From: an uncultured Chlamydiae bacterium
Lineage (GTDB): Bacteria > Chlamydiota > Chlamydiia > Chlamydiales > SM23-39
Length of the DNA stretch: 64,000 nucleotides
NCBI GenBank assembly: GCA_963828125.1
Contig: CAWHDP010000002.1
Location: 480,001-544,000, forward strand
Reading direction: 5' to 3'
Position numbers and translations under genes: made by a program. The notes under the pieces were generated by a model. It had not been told where the DNA came from. It did no database searches and was given only the letters and a program-made list of their open reading frames with translations. Shown here piece after piece: positions 9,978 to 20,333 of this stretch (positions are counted from its first letter, which is position 1; each line of letters opens with the position of its first letter).

Positions 9978-11045
9978 ATGAATCTCGCCCTTGCGTTTAC
10001 ACGGATTTTGTTTGTCATTCTCAGCATTTTCTTTATGACTGTCTATATGATCTCTGGACCCGGTGGATATACGGGAATGAATTTAGGCTGGGGCGTCGGG
10101 CTCGGCCTATTATTGAGCCTCATTTTAATGGGTTTCGAACTCCTGTTTAAGCGATTCAACCTCCGCGCCTTCAACGTGGCGATCCTCGGCCTTTTCGTCG
10201 GTTATCTCATGGGTCAGGCCCTTGTCATCATCCTCGCCGCGATCCTCCAAATCAGCGCTGCGTCGATCCATCTACAACCGGAAGGGCTCGAAGTGATCCA
10301 AATCGCCCTTTTCCTCTTTGGCGTTTATCTGGGGACCCTCATGACGATCCGGGCCTCCGATGAATTGTATGTGAGCGTCCCTTTCGTCCGGTTCACTCCG
10401 ACCGTTCAGAAGAAAAGAGACCTGCTCATTGACGCCTCTATCCTCGCTGACGCTCGCATTCTCGATCTCGCTGGATCTGGGATCGTCGATCACCATCTCA
10501 TCTTGCCCCGTTTTCTGATTAAAGATCTGTATATCCAAGCCGAATCGCAAGACGAACCACACCGCAATAAAGGGAAGCGGGTCCTAGACATTGTCAAGAA
10601 GCTCGAAGGGCTGCCAGACCTTGGCCTCCGCTACAACGACACCGATTTTCCCGAAGTGAAAGATCCGATGGGAAAAATGATCCGTCTCGCCCGTCTGCTC
10701 GACGCAAATATCATGACAGCAGACATCAGCAGAGTGCAGATGGCCGCGATCGAAGGGGTTCGGGTGATCAATCTCCACACCCTTTCCAATGCCCTGAAAC
10801 CGCTGATGCAGGCAGGAGAACACATCAAAATCAAGATCCAGCGCTACGGTAAAGAGCCGCGGCAAGGGGTCGGCTATTTGGAAGACGGCACCATGGTGGT
10901 CGTGAACGGAGGAGGAGAGTACATTGGCGAGACGATCGACGCCAAAGTCCTCTCGGTGAAACACACCTCGTCGGGCCGGATGATTTTCTGCAATGCGCCG
11001 GACGAGGAGGGGGGATACCACTCCTACGATGATGAGGGACAATAA
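9978..11045 (+). CDS. PIN/TRAM domain membrane protein (YacL-like)
   Basis: 4 N-terminal TM segments, a degenerate PIN region, and TRAM motif GKEPRQGVGYLEDGTMVVV...GRMIF. Confidence 0.9.
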   Translation: MNLALAFTRILFVILSIFFMTVYMISGPGGYTGMNLGWGVGLGLLLSLILMGFELLFKRFNLRAFNVAILGLFVGYLMGQALVIILAAILQISAASIHLQPEGLEVIQIALFLFGVYLGTLMTIRASDELYVSVPFVRFTPTVQKKRDLLIDASILADARILDLAGSGIVDHHLILPRFLIKDLYIQAESQDEPHRNKGKRVLDIVKKLEGLPDLGLRYNDTDFPEVKDPMGKMIRLARLLDANIMTADISRVQMAAIEGVRVINLHTLSNALKPLMQAGEHIKIKIQRYGKEPRQGVGYLEDGTMVVVNGGGEYIGETIDAKVLSVKHTSSGRMIFCNAPDEEGGYHSYDDEGQ

Positions 11046-11046
11046 G

Positions 11047-11409
11047 ATGCAGGGCATTGGCAACGACATCGTTGAAATCGAACGGATTCGATTGAGCATC
11101 GAACGACACGGCCAGCATTTTCTCAATCGGCTTTTTACGCAGCTGGAACAAGATTACTGTTACAAGTTCAAAGATCCGGCGTCCCACTTTGCCGGCCGCT
11201 TTGCAGCCAAAGAAGCGGTGGCCAAGGCGCTTGGAACCGGCTTTGGCGCCGACTTATCTTGGCTCGATATTGAAATTGTCGCAGGCGCATACGGAAGACC
11301 ACATGTTCACCTCTCCGAAAAAGCCAAGAAATTCTTTAAAGACCCCCACATCCTCGTCTCGATTAGCCACTCTGCCATCTCTGCAACCGCTGTCGCCATC
11401 TATACTTAA
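11047..11409 (+). CDS. acpS: Holo-ACP synthase
   Basis: GIGNDIVEI, AGRFAAKEAVAKALGTG and VSISH motifs. Confidence 0.96.
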   Translation: MQGIGNDIVEIERIRLSIERHGQHFLNRLFTQLEQDYCYKFKDPASHFAGRFAAKEAVAKALGTGFGADLSWLDIEIVAGAYGRPHVHLSEKAKKFFKDPHILVSISHSAISATAVAIYT

Positions 11410-11470
11410 GACTTTTCAATAAAGACGACAAGAGCTATTATGGCCCCGGTTCAAACAAAAGGATGTTTAT

Positions 11471-11824
11471 ATGAGCGTAAATCAAGTCGCTTTTTGCACA
11501 GTTGTTGGCCTCGGAGTGGTCACTGGGGGGGCTGCGATCGCTGCCGCCGTAACGGCGAACACAGTTGCCCTAATCGCCTATACTATTTTGGCTATCACTG
11601 CGGGGGGCGCTTCCCTTGCATCTGTCACCGCTTGGCTAGACGCTACTTCAACCGATGCGGGAACATATTTTCAAAATATGCAAAAACATGCAACCATTGC
11701 CATTGCAGGGCTTTATACATTTGTCGCCCAAACGCTGCTTCAATCCTTAATTCAAGGTATTGCAAACGGCGTCTCAAAAGTGATTACAAGAAAAATCGCC
11801 GGACCCGATATAACCATTAACTAG
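11471..11824 (+). CDS. Small hydrophobic hypothetical protein (bilobed hydrophobic domain, Inc-like)
   Basis: SD AAGGA; about 50-aa continuous hydrophobic N-terminal region. Confidence 0.7.
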   Translation: MSVNQVAFCTVVGLGVVTGGAAIAAAVTANTVALIAYTILAITAGGASLASVTAWLDATSTDAGTYFQNMQKHATIAIAGLYTFVAQTLLQSLIQGIANGVSKVITRKIAGPDITIN

Positions 11825-12624
11825 AAAGAAAATGGGAGTAAATAACTAAATATAAACGAGTTAACCTGCTCAGGGCACGATTTGGCGAGGAGGCGGCGCA
11901 TATAAGAGAGGCGGAGGGTGCCCCAGACGCCGATCCGATAGCCGTAGCGGAGGCCGGCGTCGATCGATTTCTGTCTGATTTTGGCATACCCGTCAAAATG
12001 ATCGATATAGACGGTGCTGTGGCGGCCATATCCGTTGCTCCCTTCGGCGAGGAGGGCGAGCTTGTGCTGGCCGTCGTAATTGGTCTCGAGGGCGACAATC
12101 CCTTTCACCCAGGGCGAGCCTTTATTGGCCTGGCCTACGGCGCCGTACCCCCAAAAACGCCACGCCCAGGAGTCGGATACATCGAACTCCTTGCCAAGGG
12201 AAAAATTGAGTTCGCAATCGAGATTGGCGTGATAAGGGCAGCTCACGTCGTGCAAACTGTCTGTATTTGTAAAACGGAGGCTCCCTCCTGTAGCGAGGGT
12301 GATCCGATCGCCGATGATGTCGTCAAGCCAAAGATAGCGGGCCTGAAGGGCGATCGTCCGAAAATTGAATTTCTCTTGAGTCGTATCGGCAAATTGAAGA
12401 TCGGCGTCGACGCTCCATTCCGGAGTGGGAGAAAAATCGAGACCCAGATAGGCGACGTGCGATTGAAAGGCGCTCGTAAGTTGGGGCTTCCCCTTTTGCA
12501 CCTTGTTAAAAAAACTATAGTCATAGCAGCCGAGAAAATGAAATTCGAGACAATCGCCGAACCAGGGCTGAACCTCTAGCGAGATTCCTAAGAGGGGAAA
12601 GAGGAGGAAAAAGAGCTTTCTCAT
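11821..12624 (-). CDS. Putative outer-membrane beta-barrel protein
   Basis: Signal peptide; alternating aromatic strands; C-terminal YLLPFSF. Confidence 0.65.
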   Translation of the reverse strand: MRKLFFLLFPLLGISLEVQPWFGDCLEFHFLGCYDYSFFNKVQKGKPQLTSAFQSHVAYLGLDFSPTPEWSVDADLQFADTTQEKFNFRTIALQARYLWLDDIIGDRITLATGGSLRFTNTDSLHDVSCPYHANLDCELNFSLGKEFDVSDSWAWRFWGYGAVGQANKGSPWVKGIVALETNYDGQHKLALLAEGSNGYGRHSTVYIDHFDGYAKIRQKSIDAGLRYGYRIGVWGTLRLSYMRRLLAKSCPEQVNSFIFSYLLPFSF

Positions 12625-13571
12625 TCCAGTCCCATTTCATTCAGCCACCTCTCAGCGTCAAGCGCCGCCATACATCCGGTGCCGGCGGCCGTAATCGCTT
12701 GCCTATAGGTCGGATCTTGGACGTCGCCTGCGGCAAAGACTCCGTCGCAAGAGGTGCGCATAGACCCGTTTTTGACCCGGATATACCCAACTTCGTTCGT
12801 CTCGAGCTGCCCTTTGAGAAATGGGGTGTTCGGCTGGTGGCCGATGGCAAAAAAGAGGCCGCCCGCTTCCCGCTCTTCCAGAAGGTTCGTTGCGTAATTC
12901 CTCAAGAGAACGGTTTGAACGATCCGGTCTCCGGCCACTTTTTCAATGCCGCTGTTCCAAAGAATTTCAATTTTTGGGTGCTTGAGGGCCCGCTCGGCCA
13001 TGATTTTGGAGGCGCGGAGTTCGCCTCTCCGGTGGACGATGAAGACTTTGCTCCCGTATTTGGTGAGAAACATCGCCTCTTCAACAGCGCTGTCTCCCCC
13101 GCCGATCACGTAGAGGGGTCGTCCTCGGAAAATAGGGGCCGCTCCATCACAAACAGCGCAAGCGGAGACCCCTTTTTGCCAAAACTGGCCGTCGCGGGCC
13201 CCTTCAATGTCGAGCCGCTTGGCTGTCGCACCCGTTGCGATGATGAGCGCCTCTGTCCGAACGTGGGTTGTAGAACCGCGGATCAGGAAGGGACGTTTGG
13301 ATAGATCGACCGACTCGACGTCTTCAGTCAAGATTTTTGTCCCGAAGCGGAGCGATTGCGCGCGGAAATTGTCCATGAGCGCCGGCCCCATAATCCCCTC
13401 GGGGAAGCCCGGATAATTTTCCACCTCTGTAGTGGTCATGAGCTGGCCGCCAGGCGGGCCGCTCATAAATCCTTCAAAGAGGAGCGGATGCAACTCGGCA
13501 CGCGCGGCATAAACGGCCGCTGTATGCGCGGCAGGGCCAGATCCAATGATGACTAGTGTTTTCGTTTCCAT
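12621..13571 (-). CDS. trxB: Thioredoxin reductase
   Basis: [35 protein letters not shown] and AAGD motifs. Confidence 0.97.
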   Translation of the reverse strand: METKTLVIIGSGPAAHTAAVYAARAELHPLLFEGFMSGPPGGQLMTTTEVENYPGFPEGIMGPALMDNFRAQSLRFGTKILTEDVESVDLSKRPFLIRGSTTHVRTEALIIATGATAKRLDIEGARDGQFWQKGVSACAVCDGAAPIFRGRPLYVIGGGDSAVEEAMFLTKYGSKVFIVHRRGELRASKIMAERALKHPKIEILWNSGIEKVAGDRIVQTVLLRNYATNLLEEREAGGLFFAIGHQPNTPFLKGQLETNEVGYIRVKNGSMRTSCDGVFAAGDVQDPTYRQAITAAGTGCMAALDAERWLNEMGLE

Positions 13572-13634
13572 GAGTGAGCGCCCAACTAAAAGAACGCTAT
13601 CCTTTTTACACGGAATTTTGGTTTCATTCAAGGA

Positions 13635-14450
13635 TTATTGAAATTCTTCAGAGAGCTCTTTAGAGCGTCTCGCAGAAGCGGAGACTACGTTTTGAAGGTG
13701 TTCATCGACGTGCAACGCGGTCATCATTTTGAGTCCCGCTTCAGTAGTCCCATTGGGGGTGGCGATCTGTCGGAGAAGGGTTTGCGGATCTCCGGTTTTC
13801 AGAACGAGTTTGGCGGCGCCGGCAAATGTTTGGGCGGCCATTTTGAGGGCCTTGGCGTAAGAGAGCCCCTCTTTTTCGCCGATGCGGGCCATCGCCTCGA
13901 TGAGGCGAAAGACAAATCCTGGGCCGCTCCCTGCAATGCCGCAGCAGACGTCCATCATCGCCTCGGGCACTTCAATGGCCTCTCCCATGCAGGAAAAAAG
14001 GAGATTGGAGAGGCTCCGAAATGCGAGGGGGGGATTCGGGCTATAGCTGAGGACGGTCATCCCCATGGCCACTTCAGAGGCCAAATTCGGCATGATCCGG
14101 AGGATCGGATTGTCAAATATTTTCTGATAATAACTCAGTTTGACCCCTGCGAGCATCGAGATGATCGGTTTGGACGAACCGACGCGGCACCGTTTGAGAT
14201 CCCGCAATAGAGCGCCTGCTTGAGCGGGCCTGACCCCGAGGATTAAGATATCGCTCGTCTCCGCTATCGTTTCCAGGGTGGCTGCCGTGATGCCGAACTC
14301 TTGTTCATTCTTCCTCATTTTTTCCGTATCGCGCCGAATAAAAGAGACTTGGGAGCGGGGGATGAGCTTAGCTTGGGCAATGGCTTTAAAAATAATTTGG
14401 GCCATATGGCCGAAGCCGATAAAGCCTAAACGGGCGTCAGAAATCTTCAT
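13635..14450 (-). CDS. proC: Pyrroline-5-carboxylate reductase
   Basis: GFIGFGHMA, RIMPN, GSGPGFVF and TPNGTTEAG motifs. Confidence 0.93.
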   Translation of the reverse strand: MKISDARLGFIGFGHMAQIIFKAIAQAKLIPRSQVSFIRRDTEKMRKNEQEFGITAATLETIAETSDILILGVRPAQAGALLRDLKRCRVGSSKPIISMLAGVKLSYYQKIFDNPILRIMPNLASEVAMGMTVLSYSPNPPLAFRSLSNLLFSCMGEAIEVPEAMMDVCCGIAGSGPGFVFRLIEAMARIGEKEGLSYAKALKMAAQTFAGAAKLVLKTGDPQTLLRQIATPNGTTEAGLKMMTALHVDEHLQNVVSASARRSKELSEEFQ

Positions 14451-14536
14451 ATCTTGAAAGGTAGGGAAAAACGTTTTTTTTTGCCAGATTAAAATCCCCT
14501 TTATCGTACAATGGCGGTATTGAAATTCGAGGGGAA

Positions 14537-17305
14537 TTGTTAAAAATTATTCACAAGGCTTTTGGTCTTTATTCGGGTGAAGGAACCCACGCTCTTCGCT
14601 TCGCCAGGCTCGCTGTTCTCTGGGCCTTCGGCAGCTCGTGTTTGGACACTTTGAGCGACGGTTTTTTTCTCGAAAAAATTGGGGCCGAATCGCTCCCCGC
14701 GGTCTACCTCTTTATTGCCTTAGGGATGATCGGAGTCTCCTCCCTTGTCCTCTACAGCCTTAGGTCGATGAGCCCCTACCGGATTTTGTCCATCGCTCTT
14801 GCCATGGGCGCCTGTATTTGCATTGCCTCTGCCTTGATTGTGGGGGCCTCCCCGCCCGACTGGTTTTGGTATGCGCTTAAAATCAGCTCGCGGATGTTCT
14901 TCGCCGTGATGATCGCCTGTTCTTGGACCTTCACCGACCAGTATCACGATCTCCAAGACGCCAAAAGGATCTATTCGATCTATAGCGCAGCTTACTTTTT
15001 CGGCACTATTTTGTCGGGGACAGCGATCAATTTACTTCTCGATCGAATCGGCTTTTCAGGCCTTCTGCTCGCCGCTGCCCTCTCGATCGGCTACGCCATG
15101 GTCGAGGCCCGCGGGATTGCCCACAAAGCCAAGGCGGTTCACGACGATACGGTAGAGGGGGTCTTTTCGGGAAGCAGAGATTCGTTTGCCTCGGTCGTCC
15201 AGCTCATCATCCGCTCCCGCTTTGCCATCATCCTCCTCACTTTAAGCCTTTTTGTCCAGCTCCTCATCACTGTGACCGAGTTCAATTACATGGAGTCGTT
15301 CGGCCATTTTTTTCAAGCCCCGGCCGAAGGGGAGATCGCCGCTTTCCTCGGGAAATGCAGAGCGATCATCTCCCTTTGCAATATCGTGTTCGGCGTCTTT
15401 TTTTACGGCCGGTTTGTCCGGAGGATGGGGCTCAATAACGCCATTTTGATCACCCCCCTGTTTTTCTTCGCCGTTTATTCCGGCTGGATTTTTCAAGACG
15501 CTATGTGGCTGGCTGTGCTGGGGCTCATCGCTGTAGACGGGATTCTCTTCACCGTCGAAGACAATTGCTTCAATCTCCTCTCCAACGCTGTTCCGACAAA
15601 GCTCAAATCGAAAGTGCGGATCATTAACGATTCGTTCTTCGAACCGATCGGCATGCTCCTCAGTTCGCTCCTCCTGTTCGCCCTCTCGGGAGGGAGCCGT
15701 TGGCTCGGGATGATTTTGACCCTCGTCGTCCTTGTTTTGGCCTTGGTCATCCGGGCCATCTACTCCAAGGCGATCATGATCAATTTAAAAGACAACGCGC
15801 TCCATTTCGAACGGAAACTGAAAAATTGGCTCGCTTCGATGACCCGCAGAGAGCAAAAAGAGGTGAAAAAAGATATTCTCGAAGCGCTCCGCTCTCCCTC
15901 GGAAGAGACGCAGCTTCTCGCGATCGAATCGCTTTTACAATTGGGGGAGAGCCTCCCTCAGGTCGTCTCGATCGCCAAGCGCTTTGGCACCGTCTCTAAA
16001 ATCCACTTCCTCCGCCTCTTGGAAGGGACCCCTTTCAGCAACGATTCCCGGATGATCGAAATGATCGATCGTTGGACCGATGAAAATGAATCTCCAGAGC
16101 TCTCTAAATGGGCTTATTTATATTTAGCTAAACGGGGGCTTCACCACCCAGAAACAGCGGAAGACGATCTGGATGACCCCGATCTTTTTTTAAGAGGCGC
16201 AGCCATTTTAACCATGAAAAAATCGCTCGCCAACCAATCGCTCGACTACGCGGCCCTCAACCGGACGATCGCCGCAAAAAAACTCGATTTAATGCTCAAA
16301 TCGATCCGGATCGATGAGATCAGCATGGGGCTCGATATCTTAGCTGAAGAAAATACTCTGGAAGCTGCGGAACGCGCTCTCCCCTTCCTCTCGCATGAGG
16401 CGATCCTCGTCAAACGGGCAGCCAGCCGGTGCGTCGCCCGACTTGCGGACAAAAGGCTCGCCCGCCACGCTCCGAAGCTGATCGAAGAGCTAGAAACAGC
16501 GCGGGACAACCTCTTCCGCCTCTCTATTCTCGAAGCGTTGGGGAAAATTGCCGATTCGACGACGACGAAAGAGATCCTCCTGGCCAGCGTCCACTTCCGC
16601 CCGAATGAGCGGCGGAGAACCGAGGAGATCATCGTCCAAATGGGGCTCAAGATCGTCCCGCTCCTCCTCACGTTGACCAAGGATATCGCCCTTCCCGAAA
16701 GGGCCCGCATTTTGGCCGGGAAAATTTTAGGGCGTCTCGCCCTTCCGCAGCTGCAGGCCAATTTGATCGACATCCTCGACATTGAAATCGAAAGGGCCTA
16801 TTTCTATTTTTACTTCGGCCATACAATCCAAAAACAGCATCCGCTCTATGATCTTGAAATGCTGCAAAGCGCCCTTTTAAGCGGCTATCAATCGGTGACC
16901 GACTTCATCATCCACCTCCTCGGCGCCGCCGGTTCGTTAGAAGATCCCGAACTACTCGTCCGGGCCCTCCATAGCCGGAATGCGAAGATCCACTCCCACG
17001 CGGTCGAAAGTTTGGAAAAGACCTGCGACGTCCGGATCTTTAAGCTGATCGCTCCCCTCGTCGACGATTTGCCGCTGGAAGAGAAGATGGCCGCATGTCT
17101 TCAATGGCAGGGCGACTACCCCAAATTGACCCTCTCCGAACTGCTCGGCAAACTCGATCAGTCCCCCTCGCTATTTGATAAAATCGTCGCAGTGCGTCTG
17201 AAAGCGAAACTCCAAATGCCTAATTGGCGCCAGCAGCTGCGGGAACAAATGAAGCATTCGGATGAAACCTTCCACCAATTTGCCTATGAGTTGCTAGAAT
17301 CATGA
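14537..17305 (+). CDS. NTT/MFS-like membrane domain fused to HEAT-like repeats (C. trachomatis CT234-like)
   Basis: About 12 TM N-terminal half with W.FTDQYHDLQDAKRIYSIY; HEAT-like C-terminal half; position next to the cNMP-binding gene and acpP-fab. Confidence 0.8.
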   Translation: MLKIIHKAFGLYSGEGTHALRFARLAVLWAFGSSCLDTLSDGFFLEKIGAESLPAVYLFIALGMIGVSSLVLYSLRSMSPYRILSIALAMGACICIASALIVGASPPDWFWYALKISSRMFFAVMIACSWTFTDQYHDLQDAKRIYSIYSAAYFFGTILSGTAINLLLDRIGFSGLLLAAALSIGYAMVEARGIAHKAKAVHDDTVEGVFSGSRDSFASVVQLIIRSRFAIILLTLSLFVQLLITVTEFNYMESFGHFFQAPAEGEIAAFLGKCRAIISLCNIVFGVFFYGRFVRRMGLNNAILITPLFFFAVYSGWIFQDAMWLAVLGLIAVDGILFTVEDNCFNLLSNAVPTKLKSKVRIINDSFFEPIGMLLSSLLLFALSGGSRWLGMILTLVVLVLALVIRAIYSKAIMINLKDNALHFERKLKNWLASMTRREQKEVKKDILEALRSPSEETQLLAIESLLQLGESLPQVVSIAKRFGTVSKIHFLRLLEGTPFSNDSRMIEMIDRWTDENESPELSKWAYLYLAKRGLHHPETAEDDLDDPDLFLRGAAILTMKKSLANQSLDYAALNRTIAAKKLDLMLKSIRIDEISMGLDILAEENTLEAAERALPFLSHEAILVKRAASRCVARLADKRLARHAPKLIEELETARDNLFRLSILEALGKIADSTTTKEILLASVHFRPNERRRTEEIIVQMGLKIVPLLLTLTKDIALPERARILAGKILGRLALPQLQANLIDILDIEIERAYFYFYFGHTIQKQHPLYDLEMLQSALLSGYQSVTDFIIHLLGAAGSLEDPELLVRALHSRNAKIHSHAVESLEKTCDVRIFKLIAPLVDDLPLEEKMAACLQWQGDYPKLTLSELLGKLDQSPSLFDKIVAVRLKAKLQMPNWRQQLREQMKHSDETFHQFAYELLES

Positions 17306-17748
17306 AGAGTTTAATTGAAAAAGCTTTCTTTTTAAAAAAAATGCGCCTCTTCTCCGATCTCGATCTGGAGATCCTCCTCGCAATCGCCGAAAAACTCCAC
17401 GAAGACGATTACGATAAAGAGGAAAAAGTCTTCACGCCAGGGCAGGTAGCCAACCGGATCTATTTGATCGTCTCGGGCGCCGTCCAAATTTTCGATGAGC
17501 AACGAAAACCTCTCTGCGAACTGCACGCGGGCGACTACTTTGGCGATGAATCGCTGTTCAACGAACAGCCGCGCGGCTACGCCGCGATCTGCAAGACCGA
17601 CGCCCTCTTCCTCACCCTCTCTCGGAGCCACCTCCTCTCGATCATCTCCGAATGCCCCTCCGTCGCAGTCACCCTCCTCCAGTCCTATTCGCAACAGCTC
17701 CCCTGCAGACATAGTAAACAACCTCTACCGCTAGGCGCCGAAAAATGA
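17302..17748 (+). CDS. Cyclic-nucleotide-binding domain protein (CT235-like)
   Basis: IYLIVSGAV...GDYFGDESLFNEQPR phosphate-binding cassette; no HTH. Confidence 0.9.
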   Translation: MKSLIEKAFFLKKMRLFSDLDLEILLAIAEKLHEDDYDKEEKVFTPGQVANRIYLIVSGAVQIFDEQRKPLCELHAGDYFGDESLFNEQPRGYAAICKTDALFLTLSRSHLLSIISECPSVAVTLLQSYSQQLPCRHSKQPLPLGAEK

Positions 17749-19034
17749 AGATTCGGACCCGCCTCCTCCTCTTTCTCCTCCCCACTTTGGTCGGCAGCAT
17801 CGCTTTGGTCTCCGCATTGCTTGCCGTCAATTGGTATAAAGAGATTGTCGAAGGGTTCCGGATCCGGCTCCAGTCAGCCGTCATCACCACAGCCGCCATC
17901 CACGCCTCAAAGGAACAATTGGGCGCCCTCCGCGATCAGCTTGGAGTCACCGACCTTTATTTCGTCGAGATTCAATCGCCCGATATTCAGATGATCCCCA
18001 AACAGCTCCACATCACCCCCATCTACACCTCCAAAGAAGGGGAAAAACTGATGAGCGGCTACGCCCCTGTTTTTGATGGGAACGGGCACGTCATGGGACT
18101 CATGGGAGCCGATATCCATGTGAATTTGATCGATAAAAAATTCCACGAGAGCCTTTTTCTGATTATTCTCTGCGCTGGATTCACCATTTTGATGATGGTG
18201 ATCACTCTTTTTCTCATCGCCAATAAAATTTCACGCCCCGTTCAGATGCTCAACAATTCAGCCCTCGCCATTGCCGCAGGCCAATACGGCGAATCGGTCC
18301 AGGTGAACGGACCGCGCGAAATCGCAGAGCTTGCCAATACGCTCAACACCATGAGCGAATGCCTCCACGAAAATATCAATCGGCTCCAAGAAAATTCGCT
18401 CCTCCGCGAAAGGCTCTACGGCGAGTACGAGTGCGCGATGCTGTTGCAGCACATGATGCTCCAAAAAAACATCGATGACTGCAGATCCGACGCCGTCGCC
18501 GTGAAATCGATCACCCTCTTCTCCGAAAGCCCCCGCGGCCTTCTCCTCGATTTTCCCAAAGCAGAGCGCTCCGATCTCTTCCAAATTCATATGGCCGAGG
18601 CCGAAGAAGAGGGGTTCGAGGGGATGTATCAGCTTTTGACCCAATACAAGCTCCAAGCCAAAGGGGGCCCTTTATTGGGACAAGAAACTCACACCACCCT
18701 GCTGTTCGATCGGAGCGCCTCAACCCTCCAAATCAAAGGACCTCACCTCCCCCTCTTCTGGTCGCTCGACGAGGCTCGGTTCCTAGAACCCAATCAAGGG
18801 GGCTTAAAGATCGATTCCGGCGATTATCTCTTTTTATTCAGCCAAGGGCTCCTCCGCTTCTACAAAGGCCACAAACAGATCTCCGAACTCTTGGCCAAAG
18901 TCCTCAAAATCTTCGCCTCCGACGGCCTCGAAACCTGCTCCTCTATGCTCCAAAAAGAAATTGCGTTTGCCACTAAGCGTAAGGATCTTAAAGACGATAT
19001 CCACCTGTTGTGCTTTCAGATTCTCAATCCGTGA
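17745..19034 (+). CDS. Membrane sensor with HAMP domain and degenerate SpoIIE/PP2C-like domain (RsbU-like)
   Basis: 2 TM segments around a Cache-like region (SGYAPVFD.NG.VMG.MGAD); HAMP motif (REIAELANTLNTM); C-terminal GD.LFLFSQG...DDI.LL. Confidence 0.75.
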   Translation: MKIRTRLLLFLLPTLVGSIALVSALLAVNWYKEIVEGFRIRLQSAVITTAAIHASKEQLGALRDQLGVTDLYFVEIQSPDIQMIPKQLHITPIYTSKEGEKLMSGYAPVFDGNGHVMGLMGADIHVNLIDKKFHESLFLIILCAGFTILMMVITLFLIANKISRPVQMLNNSALAIAAGQYGESVQVNGPREIAELANTLNTMSECLHENINRLQENSLLRERLYGEYECAMLLQHMMLQKNIDDCRSDAVAVKSITLFSESPRGLLLDFPKAERSDLFQIHMAEAEEEGFEGMYQLLTQYKLQAKGGPLLGQETHTTLLFDRSASTLQIKGPHLPLFWSLDEARFLEPNQGGLKIDSGDYLFLFSQGLLRFYKGHKQISELLAKVLKIFASDGLETCSSMLQKEIAFATKRKDLKDDIHLLCFQILNP

Positions 19035-19127
19035 TACTGGGATGCGGATGATATAAAAAAATTACTGGTTAGAATTGCTGGGATTGTTGTATAATGTTAT
19101 TTATAAAGGACCAATAAAAGGAGTCTT

Positions 19128-19424
19128 ATGCGTACAATTGGAAGTTCAAACGTGTTTGAGAAAGCACTGGCCCGGTGCGAAGCGGCTTTGAAGTCTAGCC
19201 CAGCACCTAAAGCTCTGAAGTTGAGCTCCGAAAAAGTGCAAGGCCAGTTTGCTAATGCCAGGATGGCCAGCAGCTGGCAACGAGATTATACCCGTGTCAA
19301 GACTACTGCAGAGTTACTTGAGATGTTGGAGGTATTGAACAATCCGAGGTTCAGATTGACGCTGAGCGATTGGAATAGACATGGGGCAGTAGACGCCGCA
19401 ATCTGCAAAGCGCAAGGAAAATAA
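19128..19424 (+). CDS. Hypothetical protein (98 aa)
   Basis: SD AAGGAG, upstream TATAAT, downstream terminator. Confidence 0.65.
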   Translation: MRTIGSSNVFEKALARCEAALKSSPAPKALKLSSEKVQGQFANARMASSWQRDYTRVKTTAELLEMLEVLNNPRFRLTLSDWNRHGAVDAAICKAQGK

Positions 19425-19458
19425 ATATTTTCAGTCCTCATCCGATGGCCCTGCACTC

Positions 19459-19489
19459 AATGCCAGCCACTTAGGCTGGCATTTTTTTT
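19459..19489 (+). terminator. Intrinsic terminator
   Basis: AATGCCAGCC-ACTTA-GGCTGGCATT followed by a T-run. Confidence 0.85.
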
Positions 19490-19591
19490 GTATTAAAATG
19501 CACACAAAATACTTTAAATTAAACGCTTTAAATATATTAGATTTTATATTATAATCTGTATTCGTAATAACTTTAATTAAAGGATGTAATT

Positions 19592-20011
19592 ATGACCACA
19601 AGAACAGGCCCAAGAACACCACTAGGCATAGAGGCAGTTGCGCAGCTCCAGAGTACAGACGATCTCATAAAAAATGGGATTTTGAGGAAGGATAGCGCTC
19701 TACGCAACGATGCGATTTCAAAATTGATTGGACTGCAAGAGAGGACAAGGAAAGAAGCAGTTCTTCTGGCAACGGCCATGATAAATCTACGAGGGCCAGC
19801 AGATGCTGCTTTGACGCAGAGTGAATATACAAAGGTGATAATTGCCCTCGACGCCGGAATAGCCCGTGCCCAGGCAACAGGTCCATGCGGCGGATATGGA
19901 AAAACCATAATAAAAGCAGCCACAGTACTCGCTACGCTCGCAGCCGCTGGAACAAACTACTACATGAAGTACATGATGGATACCCCTACGGGCAAATTCA
20001 GCGCTTTTTAA
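19592..20011 (+). CDS. Hypothetical protein (139 aa) with C-terminal hydrophobic segment
   Basis: SD AAGGA, upstream TATAAT, downstream terminator. Confidence 0.65.
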   Translation: MTTRTGPRTPLGIEAVAQLQSTDDLIKNGILRKDSALRNDAISKLIGLQERTRKEAVLLATAMINLRGPADAALTQSEYTKVIIALDAGIARAQATGPCGGYGKTIIKAATVLATLAAAGTNYYMKYMMDTPTGKFSAF

Positions 20012-20031
20012 CAACCTAAGTACATCCGAAC

Positions 20032-20064
20032 AAAATGCCAGCAGCCTTTGCTGGCATTTTTTTT
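20032..20064. terminator. Bidirectional intrinsic terminator
   Basis: AAAATGCCAGCA-GCCTT-TGCTGGCATTTT plus T-run, between convergent genes. Confidence 0.85.
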
Positions 20065-20067
20065 GCC

Positions 20068-20307
20068 TTAAGCGTTCACTTTCCGCTTCTCAATATAATC
20101 GACCACATCGCCAACCGTCTTGAGCCTCTCCGCGTCTTCTTCTGAAATCTCAAAGCCAAAGCGCTCTTCAAAAGTCATGATGAGTTCAGTGAGATCGAGA
20201 GAGTCGGCGTTCAGATCCTCGACGAACGATTTTCCAAGCGTCACTTCGGCGACATCCACACCTAGCTGTTCGACGATGATGTCAATCACTTCTTTTTGTA
20301 TTGTCAT
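20068..20307 (-). CDS. acpP: Acyl carrier protein
   Basis: [14 protein letters not shown] phosphopantetheine attachment site. Confidence 0.97.
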   Translation of the reverse strand: MTIQKEVIDIIVEQLGVDVAEVTLGKSFVEDLNADSLDLTELIMTFEERFGFEISEEDAERLKTVGDVVDYIEKRKVNA

Positions 20308-20333
20308 AAATTCCCTTTGGGTTTTTCTAGATT

